DNA of 63,640 bases from Victivallales bacterium (GTDB lineage Bacteria > Verrucomicrobiota > Lentisphaeria > Victivallales > UBA1829), in contig JBGUKN010000053.1 of assembly GCA_045114455.1 (NCBI GenBank), positions 1 through 63,640 of the forward strand, in the 5' to 3' direction. Position 1 is the stretch's first letter, and each line of letters begins with the position of its first letter. The position numbers were made by a program, and so were the translations under genes. The notes beneath the pieces were generated by a model, which was not told where the DNA came from, made no database searches, and saw only the letters and a list, made by a program, of their open reading frames with translations. Shown in pieces: positions 59,685-63,640 of this stretch.

Positions 59685-60467
59685 TCAGTACAGCAGACCG
59701 TCATTTTCCGCGTCCTTATAGGCCGCGTGGATGAAATATCCGAGTCCGCCGCCGAAAACCACGGTGCAGACGAAGATCAGGCGGAAGGTGAAGACGGTAT
59801 ATTCTTGAACATGAGGATCGCCGTCGGTAAACCAGATTATGCCGGACGCACCGAACACGGCGTTGGCCAGCAGAACCGCCTGTCCCAGGATGATCAGGAT
59901 CAGCATGACGATCATGCCGGCTCTCCGGCTGAACAGCCGTGCGACCGGAAAAACCGCCAGAGCACACTCCCCCAGCAGAATCGTAGCGAAAGACAGCATG
60001 ATCGGCCAGCCGAGCTCGCGAAAGGGCTTGCGACCCATTGGAGAAGAAAAATAGAAAACGGCAAATCCAAGGACGATCACGATCCCGGGAAACAGCCCCA
60101 GCAGATAACGTGCCCACAGATACCGCAGGCTTTGCAGTGCGCCGGAAACAATCTCCTTTTCGCTGCAGACACGCCTGCACGCCGGGATCACGTCGTCGAT
60201 GAATGCCCTGCGGACGATGCCGCCCGGGAAGAACGGGAGTGCGATCAGGACCAGAAGCGGCGGCACGACAAAAACCGCTCCGACGCAAAAGACGATCAGC
60301 ATAATGACCGAAATCCAGATCTGTTTCGTAAGCGGGTAGTCGAAACGCCGGAACACGTTGAACACATGATCCGCGCCGAGCCCGACGACCAGCTCGCTGG
60401 GACGATCCGCGGCGCCCCCGTCCAGCGATCCCGTCCGAGGTTCTTTCTTATTCATTCTTATGATCAT
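59685..60467 (-). CDS. Hypothetical multi-TM membrane protein
   Basis: About 5-6 hydrophobic segments; AAAGGA RBS before MIIRM. Confidence 0.65.
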   Translation of the reverse strand: MIIRMNKKEPRTGSLDGGAADRPSELVVGLGADHVFNVFRRFDYPLTKQIWISVIMLIVFCVGAVFVVPPLLVLIALPFFPGGIVRRAFIDDVIPACRRVCSEKEIVSGALQSLRYLWARYLLGLFPGIVIVLGFAVFYFSSPMGRKPFRELGWPIMLSFATILLGECALAVFPVARLFSRRAGMIVMLILIILGQAVLLANAVFGASGIIWFTDGDPHVQEYTVFTFRLIFVCTVVFGGGLGYFIHAAYKDAENDGLLY

Positions 60468-60522
60468 GATTTCGGGGTCCTTTATGGTGTTGCAGATGGA
60501 TGGTTTAAAAAAACATAGTTTT

Positions 60523-60551
60523 ATTATACCACGCCCCAGGCGAAAAAACAA
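60523..60551 (-). promoter_or_regulatory. Sigma70-type promoter
   Basis: TTGTTT-N17-TATAAT with TG extension; spacer nearly identical to that at 62128-62156. Confidence 0.65.
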
Positions 60552-60678
60552 GCGGGAAATGCCGGAAATGCTAGGGAAAAAGCGTCCAATCGTCCTTCCT
60601 GCTCAACCGCTGACCTCCTGCCCGGAGCCTGCCGGACAGGGGGTGACGTTTTTGAGGTTCATTGTTTGTAGACCGGGA

Positions 60679-62073
60679 TCATTCCGCGCCGAGGCGTTTG
60701 AGTGCGGCCTGCTGTTTCGTTTCTTCCCCGGCGTTCTCGTCTTCCTCGTCGAGTTCCTCTCCGAACCAGTCGTCCGGGTCCTCCAGCTCCCACGCCAGAC
60801 ACCACTGTCCGCTCCGGCTGTATACTTCCGTGTACTCCTCCGCCTGATCGCGGATCCAGAAATCAGCCGTCTCGTCCTTCGCGAGCGTACGGATCGCTTC
60901 CCCTGCCTCTCCGATGCCTTGCCGGGCAAGACCGACAAGCCGGGAAAGCGCATCCCTGTCGCCCTTTTCGGCGGCCTTCCTCATCCATTTGACACTCTCG
61001 ACAAGGTATTGTTCCGCGAGCTCGGCGTCGGCAGGATCGGATGACTCTTTGAGTTTATCGTATTTTTTTCGATACATGTTGGAGATCTGACACGGCAATG
61101 TGATGCCTTCGTCGGGGATGATAAACATCGGCTGATGAAGCCTCAACCATTCGGCATACCCGGGATCCGACTCGATCCTCTCCCTTATGAAACCGCGTAT
61201 GTCTTTCAGCAGATCCACGTCGAGCAGGCCGTTGTCCGCCGCTTTTGCGTACCATTCGACAACGGTTTTCCAGTCCTTCTCCTCATCGTAGCGGGGGATG
61301 GTGTCCACGATGATTCCGAGCTCGCTGTATTTTTTCTGCATCTCGTAACGCGCCAGCCAGCTATTCTTAATGCTTTCGCCCATGCCGAACTGCGATTCGG
61401 CGTTATTCAGCTCCGCGCCCTTGCGGAACCACTCGACGGCGGTTTTGTAATCCTGTTTCACGCCACGTCCGGTCGCGTAATGCCAGCCGAGCAGGCCCAT
61501 CGCCTTGGGATTTCCCTGCTCCGCCGCCTTTCTGCGCCACTTCACGGCCTCCTCGAAATCCTGCCGATTCACAGGCCAAAAATACGTGAAATCGAACTCC
61601 GCCAGTTCGCGTTGCGCCGCCTCATAACCGTTCTCCGCCGCCTTGCGGTACCACTTGACCGCCTCGCCATAATCATTGTTGACGCCCCGGCCGGTCTTAT
61701 AGCATGTGCCGAGACGGGTTTGCGCTTCCGCGTTGCCCTGTTCGGCTGCCTTGCGGAACCATTTCACGGCTTCGGCGCTGTCCTGTTTAACCCCGGCACC
61801 GCGTTCATAACAGTCGCCGAGTTTGAACTGCGCCTCCGCATTGCCCTGTTCCGCAACCGAAACATAGCATTTCAACGCGGTTTTGTAATCCTTCGCTTCC
61901 ATGGCCGCGTCGCCCTGCCGCAAAAGTTTTTCCGCGGCATCCCGGGAGGCTTCGCCATCCTGCGGAATCGCGTCCCCGGCTTTTTCGCTCTCGCCGAAAC
62001 AGGGGAATGCGAAGACGGCAAGGAGGATTGCAATGAATACAACCGCACTTCGACTCATTTTCGTGTTCGACAT
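60679..62073 (-). CDS. Sel1-repeat protein, secreted
   Basis: Signal peptide; AEQGNAEAQFKLG.CYERGAGVKQD..EAVKWFRKAAEQG repeats; acidic tail. Confidence 0.92.
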   Translation of the reverse strand: MSNTKMSRSAVVFIAILLAVFAFPCFGESEKAGDAIPQDGEASRDAAEKLLRQGDAAMEAKDYKTALKCYVSVAEQGNAEAQFKLGDCYERGAGVKQDSAEAVKWFRKAAEQGNAEAQTRLGTCYKTGRGVNNDYGEAVKWYRKAAENGYEAAQRELAEFDFTYFWPVNRQDFEEAVKWRRKAAEQGNPKAMGLLGWHYATGRGVKQDYKTAVEWFRKGAELNNAESQFGMGESIKNSWLARYEMQKKYSELGIIVDTIPRYDEEKDWKTVVEWYAKAADNGLLDVDLLKDIRGFIRERIESDPGYAEWLRLHQPMFIIPDEGITLPCQISNMYRKKYDKLKESSDPADAELAEQYLVESVKWMRKAAEKGDRDALSRLVGLARQGIGEAGEAIRTLAKDETADFWIRDQAEEYTEVYSRSGQWCLAWELEDPDDWFGEELDEEDENAGEETKQQAALKRLGAE

Positions 62074-62127
62074 ACTTTCATCCCTTTCACGGTGTTGTTG
62101 ATGGAGGGGTTAAGGAATCACAACTTT

Positions 62128-62156
62128 ATTATACCACGCCCCAGGCAAAAAAGCAA
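62128..62156 (-). promoter_or_regulatory. Sigma70-type promoter
   Basis: TTGCTT-N17-TATAAT with TG extension. Confidence 0.65.
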
Positions 62157-62324
62157 GTGCAAGCATGGAGAAAAAGGCGAGGAAAACGCCGCCCGCCGAA
62201 AGATTCCCCTTATAACTTCTTTGTAACTAGTTTCATGTTTGTTTCACCTTTTTATCATTTTGCATGCGCACCTCAAAAGCAGCTTTTTGCGGTTTATCAA
62301 GCAAAAAAAACGAAAAAACTTTTT

Positions 62325-62360
62325 ACAGGTCTTATAGGACCTATAGGTCTCATAGGTCGT
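62325..62360. repeat. Degenerate 9-bp tandem repeat (four units)
   Basis: ACAGGTCTT ATAGGACCT ATAGGTCTC ATAGGTCGT. Confidence 0.72.
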
Positions 62361-62390
62361 ATTTTCCGATCGCGGTCAAAGAAATGATTC

Positions 62391-62447
62391 CGAGCGCAGC
62401 TCGCCTTCCGAGGCTCGCACTTGCGAGCCCCCGGACGCAAAGCGTCC
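62391..62447. repeat. Cluster of three short palindromes (REP-like)
   Basis: CGAGCgcaGCTCG, GGCTCGCActTGCGAGCC, GGACGCaaaGCGTCC. Confidence 0.55.
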
Positions 62448-62505
62448 TTTTTATTATCTCTCAACGGAACCGACTGCATAAAAAACGGTTTTTTCGGAAT
62501 CGGAC

Positions 62506-62533
62506 TTGACATCCAATCATTTTCTGTTATAGT
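62506..62533 (+). promoter_or_regulatory. Sigma70-type promoter for the GIY-YIG gene
   Basis: TTGACA-N16-TATAGT with TG extension. Confidence 0.6.
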
Positions 62534-62585
62534 ATCCGTAATATATTTCGCTAAACTCAATCAATGAGTGCAAGGAGTTGAAAGC

Positions 62586-63242
62586 ATGAAAAAAGGTGTC
62601 ATCTACATCTTGACTAATCCGTCTTTCTCCGATTATGTTAAAATCGGGTATGCACATGATCTTGAAAAAAGACTGAAACAGCTGAATCGCAGCGAAGCAA
62701 TACCTTATGCGTTCAGGGCATATGCAGTTTATGAAGTGGACAGCGAACTGACTGACAGGGAATTGCACAAGTTGATCGATTCTTTGAATCCGACTCTTCG
62801 TACCATAGAAACATTTGATGGAAAAAAACGGGAAAAAGAATTCTATGCAATGTCTAAAGAAGACGCTTATTCTCTCCTTGAATGCATCGCAAAAATCAGC
62901 GGGACAAAAAACAATCTTAAACGCATGTCTCCGGAAGGACACGAAGTATTGGACGAACAAATAGCCGAAGAAGTTAGAAACACAGCCCGGAAAGGACCTT
63001 TCAAGTTCTCTGAATGCGGAATTCCGGTTGGTGCAAAGATCATATACATCTATGATAGTTCCGTTGCCGCTACGGTTGTAGACGACAGGCATATCGAATA
63101 TAAGGGGGTGACGACATCAATGTCTGCATTGGCGCAAGAATTACTTGGTTCAAAATGGCAAGTACAGGGGACGGCGTACTTTACATATAAGGGCAAAAAG
63201 CTAACAGATATACGGGAAGAGCTCATAGCTGAAAACACATAA
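62586..63242 (+). CDS. GIY-YIG (T5orf172-like) nuclease with a C-terminal putative DNA-binding (RAMA-like) domain; AT-rich
   Basis: GVIYILTNPSF..YVKIG...LEKRLKQL....P..F...REKEFY; C-terminal FKFSECGIPVG...SMSALAQELL...QGTAYFTYKGKKL; AGGAG RBS. Confidence 0.85.
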   Translation: MKKGVIYILTNPSFSDYVKIGYAHDLEKRLKQLNRSEAIPYAFRAYAVYEVDSELTDRELHKLIDSLNPTLRTIETFDGKKREKEFYAMSKEDAYSLLECIAKISGTKNNLKRMSPEGHEVLDEQIAEEVRNTARKGPFKFSECGIPVGAKIIYIYDSSVAATVVDDRHIEYKGVTTSMSALAQELLGSKWQVQGTAYFTYKGKKLTDIREELIAENT

Positions 63243-63377
63243 AAGAACTGAAAACAGAGGATTTGTGTAAAAAAACAAATCCTTTCGAATCTTTTATCAT
63301 CATTTGGCATGTTCAAAAAAAGGGTGATAGCCTAGCTCTTCGGGGGGCGTTTCTCTCCTCAATCCATTCCTCTTTTT

Positions 63378-63413
63378 TTAGGTCGTATAGGTCCCATAGG
63401 TCGTATATGTCCT
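63378..63413. repeat. Degenerate 9-bp tandem repeat (four units)
   Basis: TTAGGTCGT ATAGGTCCC ATAGGTCGT ATATGTCCT. Confidence 0.72.
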
Positions 63414-63445
63414 ATTATTCAGAGTATATTCGTCAGTATCCGGAC

Positions 63446-63478
63446 AAAAAAAAGGAGCCTAACGGTTAAGTTAAGCTC
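63446..63478 (-). terminator. Terminator downstream of 5S rRNA
   Basis: A-tract then GGAGCCTAAC...GTTAAGCTCC hairpin (U-tract follows on minus). Confidence 0.65.
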
Positions 63479-63489
63479 CAGAAAAGAAA

Positions 63490-63603
63490 TCCGGCATCGA
63501 ACTACTCTCCCACAGTCAATTATGCAGTACCATCGTCGCTGGGCCCCTTATCGATCGTGTTCGGGATGGGAACGTGAGTTACAAGCCCGCCATGGACACC
63601 GGA
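63490..63603 (-). rRNA. rrf: 5S ribosomal RNA
   Basis: Reverse complement has paired ends TCCGGTG...TGCCGGA, CCCATCCCGAACAC, GATGGTACT and GGGAGAGTAG; about 114 nt. Confidence 0.92.
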
Positions 63604-63640
63604 AAAAAAGGATTAAAGATGCTAGGTTTATGTTGGATTA

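Noticed and set aside
52578-62073. Possible integron cassette array
   Set aside because: No integrase and no recognisable attC sites; several genes have their own promoters.

Overview
This is a GC-rich bacterial chromosome segment, very likely from the PVC superphylum and most plausibly Lentisphaerota (Victivallales-like). The placement is inferred from a PVC-signature small basic protein gene (missed by the ORF track), an H-X9-DG prepilin-type protein and ECF-sigma/Ser-Thr-kinase pairing. Housekeeping genes include purL, tadA, gatCA, PPi-dependent PFK, nfo, a HAD phosphatase, tsaD, thrC, lptF/G, speA with carboxy(nor)spermidine dehydrogenase, aconitase and a 5S rRNA at the right edge. Accessory envelope loci are interleaved with these: (1) an exbD-[942-aa coiled-coil/Gln-Gly/beta-sandwich protein]-exbB-exbD motor cluster with no classical TonB or receptor and a charge-swapped ExbB TM3; (2) an amino-acid ABC permease fused to six substrate-binding half-domains in permuted order; (3) an ECF sigma factor coupled to a kinase with an adhesin-like ectodomain; (4) a ~9-kb operon headed by a 1445-aa DUF4034-like lipoprotein whose unassigned repeated beta domain recurs in a separate gene 28 kb away; (5) duplicated Sel1 cassettes sharing promoter/UTR; (6) an AT-rich GIY-YIG gene bracketed by 9-bp repeat tracts next to the rRNA. 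I saw no CRISPR array, transposase, integrase, reverse transcriptase or tRNA. All family assignments are by motif recognition; no searches were run.
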